Below are positions 21,292 through 32,070 of a stretch of 41,419 nt of DNA, one piece after another. Under the pieces are notes generated by a model. The model was not told the origin of the DNA. It saw only the letters and a list, made by a program, of their open reading frames with translations, and searched no databases. The stretch's first letter is position 1. Each line of letters opens with the position of its first letter. The stretch spans positions 1 to 41,419 of the forward strand of contig JADGIG010000023.1 in assembly GCA_018985235.1 (NCBI GenBank), in the 5' to 3' direction. This DNA comes from Sanchytrium tribonematis. Lineage: Eukaryota. The translations under genes and the position numbers were made by a program.

Positions 21292-22590
21292 TTATTCCAA
21301 AGATACAATGTGTTCTTTCATTTTGATGCCTAGATTTTCTAACTTGGACATAATTTTTCGCGCCAAATCTGGAGATAATGGACCAAAGACCCCCTTTTGA
21401 GTTATTTCATTTTTCAAAATCATATCCGCCGCAACACCAGCTGGCACACCAACTAATGTAGCCATACTGGTCGCTTCATCGGTACCATAATCAATTAGAG
21501 TGTAAAAGCGGCGCTCTTTTTTCCCATTCGCATAGCTTATGTCAAATTTATGAATGAGAAAAACCATATCTCTTTCACCATCTTGATATTCCATTTTGGA
21601 TTGAAACAATATGGTGATTAAGTCCAACAAAGTACTAGATCTAACGGCAGGCAACAAATCATCTGAGAAGATACCGAGCCATGAAATTGCTTCCTTGACA
21701 ATTTTAAAATCCTCGTCATTCAAGGAGCACTTTTGTCTAAGAGCACAATGTAAATCACCAGGCCCCAATATTGAATGCATTAATTCCTTCCATGTCTTGC
21801 AAGTAGTCTTTAATTCCTCTAGGCTAAGTAAGCCCAATTCATTAAAGCAATTCATAACAATAGGAAAGGTAAAATATCTCATTGTGCCTCTAATAATAGT
21901 TTTAGCCTCAGGGATATCATATCTTTCTTTGTAAATGCTGCTATCTCTATTGCCATATCCCATGAATTTAAACGATGGGTAAGGAGTCTCGACAACATTT
22001 GCACTTTTCATCAAGTCTTTGCCTTCAATTTCTTTCAATTGGCCATTTTCATAAAATTTAGCATTATTCTTCAAAGCAAGCAAAACCCCTCTGGCACTCC
22101 AGCTAAATTTATATCCTAACGGATTGTCTGAGCATTCTGGAGCAGGCAAACCACCACAATAACTAGTAAAATGATCAATTTTACCATTATTGGAATGCAC
22201 TCTATCAATCACATCAACTGCATACAAATGGTCGATTCCAGGATCCATTCCAATTTCATTCAAACAAACTAAACCCGCTTTCCTACAATCTTCATCCAGT
22301 TCAGCCATATTTGGGTTAATATAACTTGTGGTAACAACATGTTTTTTCAACTTGATAGCAACTTTGATTACGTCAGCATGTAATGTATAGGGAACTAAAC
22401 TGATGATCAAGGCGCAATCTTGCAAATACTTCTCAAGACCTTGCAAATCTGTTAAATCGTGAGCTATGCATTCGCCATACTTTTGCAAATGCGACTTGAT
22501 TGTTCTGGAAATTATTCGAACTTTATGCTTTTGATGTAAATACTTAACACATGGCTCTACAACATAACCACTTCCAAGGACAACAATCAT
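21292..22590 (-). CDS. LYS9: Saccharopine dehydrogenase (NADP+, glutamate-forming)
   Basis: VLGSGYV, ISLVPY, VTTSY, NEIGMDPGIDH, SYCGGLPAPE, NPLGYKFSWS, RGTMRY. Confidence 0.95.
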   Translation of the reverse strand: MIVVLGSGYVVEPCVKYLHQKHKVRIISRTIKSHLQKYGECIAHDLTDLQGLEKYLQDCALIISLVPYTLHADVIKVAIKLKKHVVTTSYINPNMAELDEDCRKAGLVCLNEIGMDPGIDHLYAVDVIDRVHSNNGKIDHFTSYCGGLPAPECSDNPLGYKFSWSARGVLLALKNNAKFYENGQLKEIEGKDLMKSANVVETPYPSFKFMGYGNRDSSIYKERYDIPEAKTIIRGTMRYFTFPIVMNCFNELGLLSLEELKTTCKTWKELMHSILGPGDLHCALRQKCSLNDEDFKIVKEAISWLGIFSDDLLPAVRSSTLLDLITILFQSKMEYQDGERDMVFLIHKFDISYANGKKERRFYTLIDYGTDEATSMATLVGVPAGVAADMILKNEITQKGVFGPLSPDLARKIMSKLENLGIKMKEHIVSLE

Positions 22591-22635
22591 GTTTTCTCCT
22601 ATTAATGTATGTAAAAAATTTAAGCCACACTTTCT

Positions 22636-24340
22636 ATGTCAATGACGGCACGTAGTAATGAGAGTATTTCAATTCCCTCGAGATTCCGTGGGGAGCTTAA
22701 AATCACTCATATACCTTTCGATCCTTTGAAAAAAAGGGTCGTTGTTAAATCAAAAAGTATGTCTAACATTGAAATATTAGAAAAGCGTAAAGTAGAAATA
22801 AAAAGATTTAAAAGCGAAGATATTTTGAGCAAGAAAAAGAGACAAAGGATGGCCTCACTTAATATTGAGATGAGCTTAAGCAGCCATGCCAGTGTAAATT
22901 CTCAAAAATCCAGCAATGGCAATAATAGCCCCAAATTTAAGCGGAAATCGCGTAAAAACAGTCAATACTCTATCAAGGTCGACAATAACAACGAATATAT
23001 GAATTATTTGTTGAGCAAAAAAATGAGTAGTGATAATTTTATTGTAAGAATGGAAAGTAAAGACATAGTCTGGAAAACGGACGAAGAAGAATACAAAAAA
23101 GTGGGGAGTTATGTATTTCACGAGGAACTAGGAAGAGGGTCTTTTGCTAAAGTCAAATCTGCAATATGTTCTGAAACTCTACAAATTGTAGCAATTAAAA
23201 TATTTAGTCACAAAAAACTAAAAAAGATGACAGGTGCACTTGAAAATGTTGAAAGAGAATTGCGAATATTAAAAAAATTAAGGCATCCCAATATTATTCG
23301 TCTGATTGATGTCTACGCAAAAATTAATCCGGATGATCCTAAAATTGTCCCTTACAAAAAAACTTTGGAGTCTGTCACAAAGCAGTATGCTATTTTTGAG
23401 CATTGTAGCGTCAATCTCCAGACTTTAATGGATAGATCTCCCAACGGAAGACTTCCTCTATCTCAAGCCCAAAACTACTTTAAGCAATTAACAGAAGGTA
23501 TTTATTACCTCCATCGTAACGGCATAGTGCACCGCGACATTAAACCCCCCAACTTATTACTTCGTCCAGATAATATTTTAAAAATTTGTGATTTTGGAAT
23601 TGCGGAGGAATCGTCACCTTATGAACCCGATCCACAATTTACGACTTTCTCAGGTACTCACCAATTTATGGCTCCTGAATCTCTATATGAAAATACTACA
23701 CATGTTGGATTCGAGGTTGACATTTGGGCATGTGGGATAATTTTATATGCCATGATCATGGGTGCTTTTCCATTCGAATTGGATGAAGGAAATATTGAAA
23801 AACTATATGATAGCATTAAGAATCAAAAAGCTTTCATTCCTGAAGAATTGCAATACAATTTGCGCAAATTACTTATTGGTAAAATATTTTAACATAGATT
23901 TGCTTCAAAAAAATCCTCAAAGACGGCCCCAAGCTCACAAAATTAGAGAATATCCTTGGCTTAAAGAAGAAATTCCAAGATGGCAATCGGAAATACCGCC
24001 ATTTAGACCCAGGAAAGCCCGGCCACATATGCCCTACTCACTGTACAAAATGCTACGAAACATGTTTCCAAATGATTTTGTCGGATTCGAGGCACTACCA
24101 CTTTTCAGTGATACGTGCATGCCAGGAGTTACTGAAAATGAGATAATCAGATCTTCTTTAGATTCGTTGAATGGCGAGGAATTAGAAAAAAATACTATAA
24201 GCAGGAATAACACGGTAACTCTCGGTAGACAGAATAGCGTGAACAAAGCGATTTCTCCAACAGTGGGGTCTGTCAGTAAAGGCACGTCATTAAGTAGATT
24301 CGGATCCCTTCGAAGGAAGCCCAGTACTACAAGAAAATAG
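22636..24340 (+). CDS. LKB1/STK11-like Ser/Thr kinase; exons 22636-23878 and 23898-24340 (561 aa)
   Basis: FIVRMESKDIVW and GSYVFHEELGRGSFAKVK..SETLQIVAIK..KKLKK..ENVERE resemble LKB1; splicing restores subdomain XI (LLIDLLQKNPQRRP). Confidence 0.8.
23879..23897 (+). other. 19-nt spliceosomal intron GTAAAATATTTTAACATAG
   Basis: Removal joins two ORFs and restores the kinase C-lobe. Confidence 0.9.
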
Positions 24341-24453
24341 TTGTGATAGCAAATTCGAATAATAATTTTAAAATTAAAATTAGTCAAACAATCCAGCTAG
24401 TGTTCTACAATTTCGAAATAAATAATTACTTTACAGATAGACTGAAACAGAAA

Positions 24454-24744
24454 ATGCAAAAAGGGTTTTATTTTACAATTTGGGTCAAATATAATTCACG
24501 CGGGGCAAGCGAGCTATTTTATCGCAATAATAATCTCCACTTCTCTTCCCCGAAAGAACCCATCAATAACAAGGTTAATCAAGATATTAAATCATATTTT
24601 AAAAGATTTAAAGTGAAGGCAGACATTTTAAAAGGTTTAAAATCTCGTGAAAAAATGATATATGTTAGTAACGAATATGAAAACTCTATTGCAAAATTGG
24701 TTAGTGAAACCCGATCAAAAAGATCCGATCAAAATATGCAATGA
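24454..24744 (+). CDS. DUF167/UPF0235 (YggU-like) protein
   Basis: WVKYNSR..SPKEPINNKVN..ILKGLKSREKMIYV resembles VKP..aPP.dGKAN..GxxSRxK. Confidence 0.6.
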   Translation: MQKGFYFTIWVKYNSRGASELFYRNNNLHFSSPKEPINNKVNQDIKSYFKRFKVKADILKGLKSREKMIYVSNEYENSIAKLVSETRSKRSDQNMQ

Positions 24745-24787
24745 ATCGATCTGCTTTAATATAAAGTAGAACAATCTCAGTGTTAAC

Positions 24788-25042
24788 ATGCAAAATACTA
24801 AAAATATACTGTCCAAATTCAATGACGGGTTTCTCAGCGAAGATTACTATGAGTCGCTAATGACTTACGCACGAATAGCCAGGCTAACAACGTACGAGTT
24901 GGAATGCGTTGATGAAGGGATGCTGTGGTATTATAATCAAGGATGGATTCTTGATATAAGTGACTGTTATGAATGCTTTCAGAATGTCTGCTGTCTTGAT
25001 TTGAGAAGACCATTGGAATTTTGGAAATATTTATTTCGATGA
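24788..25042 (+). CDS. 84-aa hypothetical protein, paralog of 14969..15223
   Basis: Alignment with the 14969 ORF; identical length. Confidence 0.7.
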   Translation: MQNTKNILSKFNDGFLSEDYYESLMTYARIARLTTYELECVDEGMLWYYNQGWILDISDCYECFQNVCCLDLRRPLEFWKYLFR

Positions 25043-25172
25043 TATGAAATAGAATGCTGATTTTTATAAAATAAATAACTAGCTCTAACACTAAAATAGT
25101 AAAGAAGTTAAACATATTTTATTTCTGATGTGACTGACTGAAACCATTGATAAATTTATTTCGAAACAAAAA

Positions 25173-26453
25173 ATGTTGACTCTACTTTTCACAAATTTGA
25201 TAGCCACATCAGCCGATTGTGAAAATCTTGTGAATCTTGCAATTGGATTTGGCATGAGCGATTCTAAGCTTCATAATTTAAGGGGCCCGGAATGTTGTGG
25301 ATTTATGGGATCGGCTTTGGAAGGTGTATCATGCGATGATGACAATAGAGTATATAAAATTGTTTGGGATCGATTTGACCTGAATGGAACTTTCAATTCT
25401 AGTAGTTGGTCTGCCCTACCGCTTTTGACATTTTCTGCGGTTTTTAATTCAATAAGTGGTGAAATACCGCTACTTCAAAATGAAACTCTGAAATATTTCT
25501 ATGCTGGTAGCAACAAACTACAGGGACCTATTCCAAAATTGCATAGTGGTATGACAGAATTGGGACTAGAAAATAATATGCTTTATGGAAGTCCTGCACT
25601 GCCGTCAACTATGAAATACTTATATCTGATGAACAATCATCTCAGTGGCAATTTTTCCGAATTTCCTCCAATGATTATAGATTTGTATTTATATAATAAC
25701 TATTTTGAAGGTGAAGTACCTAGTTTTCCTTCCTTCTTAGTTGGACTTGGACTGCAAAATAATATATTTGTTGGCAAAATATCCAACTTTCCAAACACTT
25801 TGGAGGTTATTAAACTACAATTTAATCGTTTTACTGGTAAGATTGAAACATTACCACCGCAATTATATCAGCTTTACCTTGACAATAATAATTTTGATGG
25901 CGAAATTCCGCAAATTCCAAGTAGTGTTGTTGAAATTTCTTTATCGCGAAACCAGTTTATTGGAAGTATAGAGTCGATACCTCAAAATGTGTCTCGACTT
26001 TATCTTGATCACAATAAATTTGGCGGAAGTATAAACATTAGTGGAACAATAACTATTTTACATTTGGAATTTAATGAATTTCAAAATATAAAAATTGAAG
26101 GAATCAGTCAGCTCAAAGAATGTGACATATCAAACAATAAGCTGAACATCTCTAATTACAAGGACTTGAGTCAAAAATGTAGGCTTGAGGCCGAGGGAAA
26201 TGATTTCTTAAGTCACAATGTTTCAGTTTATATCAGCTCATCTACAAGCCTGGTGTCCCAAAGCTCCAACAAGACCGCAAGCCATTTTAAAATAATACCT
26301 ATCACCACTACTCTCATTGCGGAAGGGTCTCCAAATCTACCAAACTTACCTACTACGAATGCAAACTTGTGGGTCGTCATTGGTTCTGTTGTTGGGGTAT
26401 TGATTATTGCCAATTTAGCAATTCAATCATTCAGAGCTCGCGTAAGCAAGTAG
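25173..26453 (+). CDS. Membrane-anchored extracellular leucine-rich-repeat protein
   Basis: Signal peptide, Cys cap (CC..GVSCD..RV), about 10 LxxLxLxxNxFxGxIP repeats, S/T stalk, C-terminal TM. Confidence 0.9.
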   Translation: MLTLLFTNLIATSADCENLVNLAIGFGMSDSKLHNLRGPECCGFMGSALEGVSCDDDNRVYKIVWDRFDLNGTFNSSSWSALPLLTFSAVFNSISGEIPLLQNETLKYFYAGSNKLQGPIPKLHSGMTELGLENNMLYGSPALPSTMKYLYLMNNHLSGNFSEFPPMIIDLYLYNNYFEGEVPSFPSFLVGLGLQNNIFVGKISNFPNTLEVIKLQFNRFTGKIETLPPQLYQLYLDNNNFDGEIPQIPSSVVEISLSRNQFIGSIESIPQNVSRLYLDHNKFGGSINISGTITILHLEFNEFQNIKIEGISQLKECDISNNKLNISNYKDLSQKCRLEAEGNDFLSHNVSVYISSSTSLVSQSSNKTASHFKIIPITTTLIAEGSPNLPNLPTTNANLWVVIGSVVGVLIIANLAIQSFRARVSK

Positions 26454-26651
26454 CTTTAATCCGTCGAGACTTCAGCCGATAGTGCGGCTGTATGTCCCAA
26501 TTCTTCAGTGTATGAAAAAATAAACACATTGTACCAATTAAAAGCTGGTGAAGCATTAACCAATCAAATCTTATCAAATCTTGACTTTTAATTGTCCAAT
26601 CAGATGAAGAACCCATTTTTTCTATTGCCAAGGAGTATACACTGTGTTATC

Positions 26652-27507
26652 ATGTCCTCGGCATTTTTGAAAGACATTCAAGGTTATCTGTCTAGAAGTC
26701 AGTTGTTTAACCCACTAGACCATTTCTATGTTCCTGTCTTTCATGCCCACAAAGTGGCGCTAGACACTCATGCTTTAGATATAAGTCTTGTCCGAAAGTT
26801 CGTGCTTTTTTTTGTATATAGTTTTGGAGGAAGTTGGACAGCACATGTACTAAATGGCGACAAATTGCCTGTTCTGGACAATTTGATCATCTTGTATACT
26901 TTAGTATTCGTTGTTAGTGGCATCATGCACTACTTGGCAAGGGAACAACAAAAGTATTTGACAATTTACAGATACATTTTGGCAATTGGAGATGAATGGG
27001 TGAAAGTTAGATCAATTCAGAGACTTCACAAGTACTTGGGCACTTCACAAGAAAACCATAATGTACGAGCAATTCTCTTGGCGAGTTTGGGAGGTTATGG
27101 TGGTGGATTATGGGACTACATTTTTAATATTTCGAAGCAGCATAACACGAGTATCTTGGATGTGGAACCAGTCGATTTTATTTGGACATCTATTGCTCCG
27201 AACATTTGGTCGAGTATAGCAGTCTCAACATTTCTCGGATTCAAGAAAGATGTGATTGTAGCTTCTGGAGTTAAGATTGCCATATTCTTGAGCATTTTGA
27301 TAAGAAATATTCAAGATGTCAAAAATGGAAACATTGTTGAAGAAAAACCCGCTGTTAAACGTAAATTTTATTAATTTAGGTGGAAGATCTAAAACGAAAA
27401 AGAACAAGAGCTCTGAAAATATTAAACCCGCAGATGATGTGCCTGAAGAAACAACAGCACGTAGACGAACTCTGCGATCGAGATCACGACAAAGTTTGGC
27501 CGATTAA
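26652..27507 (+). CDS. Multi-pass membrane protein, possibly TRIC/TMEM38-like; exons 26652-27360 and 27380-27507
   Basis: Two Gly-rich TM repeats (YSFGGSW; LGGYGGGL); basic C-terminal tail after splicing. Confidence 0.5.
27361..27379 (+). other. 19-nt spliceosomal intron GTAAATTTTATTAATTTAG
   Basis: Matches the consensus of the other five introns and joins the 26652 ORF to the 27316-frame tail; no homology check possible. Confidence 0.8.
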
Positions 27508-27619
27508 TAAATTTGGTGTCCAATTTTCAAACGAGTTTTTTTGACCTTGATATCGTTCTCGACCAATCATGGATATCAACTCAATGTTATAAATAAAGAA
27601 AGCCTCTTAACATCGAGTC

Positions 27620-28537
27620 ATGAACGCGAAGATCTATAATCTAGTGGATACAGCAGACTACATCTGCTTCGGTATAGCTCTTTGTACAAATATTCAAGGA
27701 CTGTTAATTTCACCTGTTTTATTAAAAAAAGACTGGAAAAGAAACATTGTAGTAGTTTTGGCCAATGCATGCTACTTGATAAGTAACTTGGTCAATTTTG
27801 GCCAAAAAGGTATACAAGATTGTTTATTATCGGGCTACTTGATCCAATTATTCATGATTTTTGGCTCAATTCTAGAAGTTCATACACCGATTGTGCGAGC
27901 TTTTCCACTATTTAATGCAAAATTGAAAAAAATAGTACCAATTGCGAGTTTTATAATGATACTTTGTCAATTTTTGGTTTTAGTCGACTTTCATGTGGAA
28001 TGTGATTCAATCAGCAAACGATTTTTGTCGTTGCATTCAGCTGCTCCTGCACAATTTGTGGCTAATATTTTTTCTATATTTATACTGTTTGTCGCGTTCT
28101 CGAAAATTATTGAGCTGATTGACAAATCAGAATTTGCAAAGAATAATTCAAAAATGCAGTTGATTCGTACTTTGTCAAAGTACTCTTTGTATTTTGCGAT
28201 TTCAGTAAAAGTGGGTCACACCGTTTTAGACGCTACTAACTTTGGAAATTCGTCTAGATTATTAAGCGACGGAGCCATCACCATTGCTCTTAGAAGTAAT
28301 CTTGTTGTCTTTTTAATGATTTCCCAATTTACCTTGGAACTAACCAAGCAAGCTGGAGATCAATCAACCCATAGTGATTCCAACAGTAAGCATGAGAAAA
28401 GCTTTGGGACGACTAGCGGAGGTCACGTAAGTAAACTGTCCGAAAAATCTAAAAATGCTGCTAATAATCAAAAGAGACAATCTTTCCGAGAAAACAAAAA
28501 AGCTGAACATAGCATTGTTGAAGTTGAGGATGATTAG
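27620..28537 (+). CDS. Orphan multi-pass (GPCR-like) membrane protein
   Basis: About 7 hydrophobic segments, Cys before TM3 and in the following loop, Ser/Lys-rich cytoplasmic tail. Confidence 0.55.
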   Translation: MNAKIYNLVDTADYICFGIALCTNIQGLLISPVLLKKDWKRNIVVVLANACYLISNLVNFGQKGIQDCLLSGYLIQLFMIFGSILEVHTPIVRAFPLFNAKLKKIVPIASFIMILCQFLVLVDFHVECDSISKRFLSLHSAAPAQFVANIFSIFILFVAFSKIIELIDKSEFAKNNSKMQLIRTLSKYSLYFAISVKVGHTVLDATNFGNSSRLLSDGAITIALRSNLVVFLMISQFTLELTKQAGDQSTHSDSNSKHEKSFGTTSGGHVSKLSEKSKNAANNQKRQSFRENKKAEHSIVEVEDD

Positions 28538-28631
28538 TTTAAGTCAATAAAATTTCAGAATTGAAAATTTTCGGAAAGTATCCGATTGATTGCTTCAAAA
28601 TTACCCTTGTTTTCAAATTCAAGTGTTTCCT

Positions 28632-29568
28632 ATGGAAGATAACGTCTTGTTTGCTTTTATACTTACTTTAGCAGCTGGCGCAGCAACCGGTTTAGGAGCT
28701 TTATTACCATTTGCGCTGCCGAATTCAGATAATAATGCTACTCTTGGTATCTGTTTGGGATTGAGTGCTGGCGTTATGATATATATCAGCTTCACAGAAA
28801 TTTATACTGAAAGCGTCGAAATGTTTGCCAAAATACCTTCTACAAAACACTTGCCCATTTTGTTTTCTTCAATTGCATTTTTTTCTGGTGCTTTGCTCTG
28901 TATTTTATTAGACTGGCTTGTGCATTTCATATTACCTGATGAGGAGCAAACTCAAATAAAGGAGAAGAAAACTAAGAGGAAATCAAAACGAAAAAGTAAA
29001 CCAAGCTCTAAATCAAAAGACGATGTTTCTAAGACAGATGATAATGATTCCAATGCCCCAACAAATCAACAACTGACTAAAATGTCTGCTCTGTCTGCAT
29101 TGGCAATAGCCCTTCATAATCTGCCAGAAGGTATGGCCACATTTTTTGCATCTTTGACCAATCCAAAGCTTGGTGCCAGTTTAGCAGTTGCAATAGCAAT
29201 TCACAATATACCTGAAGGAATTGCCGTTGCGCTGCCAATATACTACGCTACCAATAGTAAAAGTAAGGCGTTTCTATATGGATTTGCAAGTGGATTAACA
29301 GAGCCTCTAGGAGGGATTATTGCATACTATATTATCAAACTGGCATCTGCATCGTCTACTGACGTGACTGAAAGTGCAGCTTTCTCGTTCATGTTTGCTT
29401 TGGTTTCGGGGATGATGGTGTACATATCATTGGTTGAGTTGTAATCACAATTAATTTAGGCTACCGACTGCCCACAAATACGATCCCCAGGATAAATTTG
29501 TGTCTAAAAGCGTTATTTTTGGAATGATAATAATGTCCACCTCTTTAGTTTTATTTGATATGAATTAA
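28632..29568 (+). CDS. ZIP family (ZupT/GufA-type) metal transporter; exons 28632-29440 and 29460-29568
   Basis: LTLAAGAATGLG, SAGVMIYISF, AIALHNLPEG, AIAIHNIPEG; spliced end ELLPTAHKY..GMIIMSTSL. Confidence 0.92.
29441..29459 (+). other. 19-nt spliceosomal intron GTAATCACAATTAATTTAG
   Basis: Removal restores the conserved ZIP motif VELLPTA and the last TM helix. Confidence 0.93.
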
Positions 29569-29609
29569 ATTCTATATTTTACAATAAATCGATTCGAATC
29601 CCTAGTTTT

Positions 29610-30683
29610 ATGTTTAGAATCACTTTAGAACTTCCGACAGACATAGCTCTGCTAATTTTTAAACTCTGCCCCGAACCTTTTTATTTGAGCAACAAATTTT
29701 ATACCGAAAAATATCTGAGGGAAAAGTATAAGGAGCTACTATTTAGACCATGGCAGCATTATCACTTATACAAAAAACCGACGAGACGTACTATATTTTA
29801 TTACTGTGATTTTATTCAATCAATTCAAGTAGATATGTCCGAAGATCTATATAATTCTCAAAATTTTTGGATTTTTTTAGGAACTTTGAAATGTTGCCAG
29901 AAAGTTGAATTATCAAACAAATTTCAGTATGATGCACCTCTTGACTTAATTGAAAAATTAAGAAATACGCTACCAAATATTAAGGAACTATTGCTTGAAT
30001 CTTTTAAAGTTACTTATTTGAAAGATATGGTTGGTTGGAAAAAAATTAAAACGTATGGAGTGGATAAGGTCGGTTTTCTCGACATAATTGCTTTGAAATC
30101 GCTTTGTAGTCTCTCTACTCTCAAACTTGAAATTGCTGGTAACGAAACTTTTTATAATTGTAAAACTTTGCCTACCGTTGACATTTTGACAATTAATACT
30201 TGGATCAGCAATAACTTGCGATATATATCTTCAGTATTTATCAACTTGAAATATTTAAAAATTTACCACTTTCCCACCATCGATCATATATTTACTATCG
30301 ACATTCTGCCTAATTTTTTGGAGATGTTGGAAATAACTTTTCTAGGCCAAGTTCAAATAAAGACACAACAAACACTGTCCTTCTCGAGAGGTTGCTATAT
30401 TACCGTCGAATTTTTAGACCTCTCTATCTTGAGGAGACTCATTTACCTGTTATTAAATTGCGACAAGACATTTTCAATCACTTTGAAAGAGAAGCTCCTC
30501 TTAAAGAAATGTGAAGGAAGCAGAGTTGAGTTGGTGGTTTTGGATCAGTTTTACAGAGATGAGTTGCAAGATTGGCACACAATTTGCTCTTTATTATCTT
30601 TGGTTGAGATTCATACAAAAGGAATTATGGACTACTTTTTGAAAAATAGTCCAATGGAAATAGGATCAGAGTTGGATGTTTAG
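29610..30683 (+). CDS. F-box-like / degenerate LRR protein
   Basis: LELPTDIALLIF at the N-terminus; LPNIKELLL and FINLKYLKI LRR-like units. Confidence 0.55.
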   Translation: MFRITLELPTDIALLIFKLCPEPFYLSNKFYTEKYLREKYKELLFRPWQHYHLYKKPTRRTIFYYCDFIQSIQVDMSEDLYNSQNFWIFLGTLKCCQKVELSNKFQYDAPLDLIEKLRNTLPNIKELLLESFKVTYLKDMVGWKKIKTYGVDKVGFLDIIALKSLCSLSTLKLEIAGNETFYNCKTLPTVDILTINTWISNNLRYISSVFINLKYLKIYHFPTIDHIFTIDILPNFLEMLEITFLGQVQIKTQQTLSFSRGCYITVEFLDLSILRRLIYLLLNCDKTFSITLKEKLLLKKCEGSRVELVVLDQFYRDELQDWHTICSLLSLVEIHTKGIMDYFLKNSPMEIGSELDV

Positions 30684-30731
30684 TCTGATTTTAGTGCTAA
30701 TTATTCTGGGAATCGAACTATTTGAAATTGT

Positions 30732-31829
30732 TTATTCAAACTGAATGGTATCAGGGCAAGTAAATTCAATGAAGCCTTTGTTAAATGCCCAATTTTGATC
30801 TTTCTTTTTTTCACTTGATCTTAAAAACAAATTTCTCCAATAGACTGTTGCCAGCCTTTCGTGCATTTCTTTCGTGGGATGGCTGCAGTCTGTCTTAGTC
30901 AAGCTTGAGTAGTGTAAACTAGTAAGGTCCATGTTCTCGGCACTAGGATCATAAATCAACTTAAAATTGCTCGGTTTGCCAATCCAGCTTGCCTTTTCTT
31001 TTTTACTCCACGCTGTACCATTTTTATATTCATCGACAATTCCTTTCAAGATTCTATTCTGTCCAATTTGATAAGCCTTCATTTTAGAGCGAAATTCTTG
31101 ACCATTTTTATCAAAAGGACAAGGACACATACTCCTAAAAAGTTTCTGTCGATTATTGTGTTGACAATTGGGATGGGTACTCGATAGTTCTACCATTTTT
31201 TCAAGATCCCAGATACTAAGCACATCTACAATTACAAACTCAAGTTCTGACCTAAGATAATTCATTATTTCTCTAACATAGAAATCAAAGTAAGGTAGTG
31301 TACTTTGAAATCTCCTGCAATTGTTGAATTGATCATTAAGGCCCACAAAAAATACAATCAATTTCCATTTTTTCTGTAGCTCAGGTTCTTTAATGTACAT
31401 TTTTCTAATTCGCTTAACAAGTTCCTTAGCTTGTCGCATTGAGTCTGATGCGAAAGCCCCAGTCTCTGCCATATTAAGCCCATCACTTTCTCTGAACCTA
31501 TTAAAAGGCCAAAAACATAAGATACCTCTGCACAAATTAATCCAATGAGTGCCCGTACTAGCCCCTTTAATATCCGGATTAAATTTCTTTGCCATGTTCA
31601 CAACACTCCACATATCAGAATCTCCTCCACTAACCGCTGTTGCGCCTCTGTCTTCCCTGAAATTCGCTGGATTGAAAAATGGCCAGGCAGTAAATTGTCT
31701 AGATCCATAACCAGCCAACACTGAATCTCCCATTGATCCAATCATAGCTACATCAAACTTTTTACTTTTGCAGTCATTTAAGTCGCCCACTGTTTGCAAC
31801 GCAAAAGTTAAAAAAATGCAACAGAACAT
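30732..31829 (-). CDS. Secreted GDSL/SGNH lipase, phospholipase B1-like
   Basis: GSMGDSVLAG, EDRG..SGG, WKLIVFFVGLND, DCSHP. Confidence 0.88.
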   Translation of the reverse strand: MFCCIFLTFALQTVGDLNDCKSKKFDVAMIGSMGDSVLAGYGSRQFTAWPFFNPANFREDRGATAVSGGDSDMWSVVNMAKKFNPDIKGASTGTHWINLCRGILCFWPFNRFRESDGLNMAETGAFASDSMRQAKELVKRIRKMYIKEPELQKKWKLIVFFVGLNDQFNNCRRFQSTLPYFDFYVREIMNYLRSELEFVIVDVLSIWDLEKMVELSSTHPNCQHNNRQKLFRSMCPCPFDKNGQEFRSKMKAYQIGQNRILKGIVDEYKNGTAWSKKEKASWIGKPSNFKLIYDPSAENMDLTSLHYSSLTKTDCSHPTKEMHERLATVYWRNLFLRSSEKKKDQNWAFNKGFIEFTCPDTIQFE

Positions 31830-32070
31830 CTGCTTCTTTGGAAGATTTGAATTTTCAAGTTATTATAAGTGGCAATTTTTAGCCGAGTGGCTCCACTCAA
31901 ATGGCCCGATAACGTGATCAAATTTGTTTTGAGGTGCAGTAAATTCCAACAGTGGTAACACAAGCGAAAACTTGTATACTTGGTGTCGCCAACTTGTGCA
32001 ACTTCAAATAGATTTGTGATTGCTTGTTTAACACAAAATTATATTTTGTTGGCGACAAGACCGAATTATC

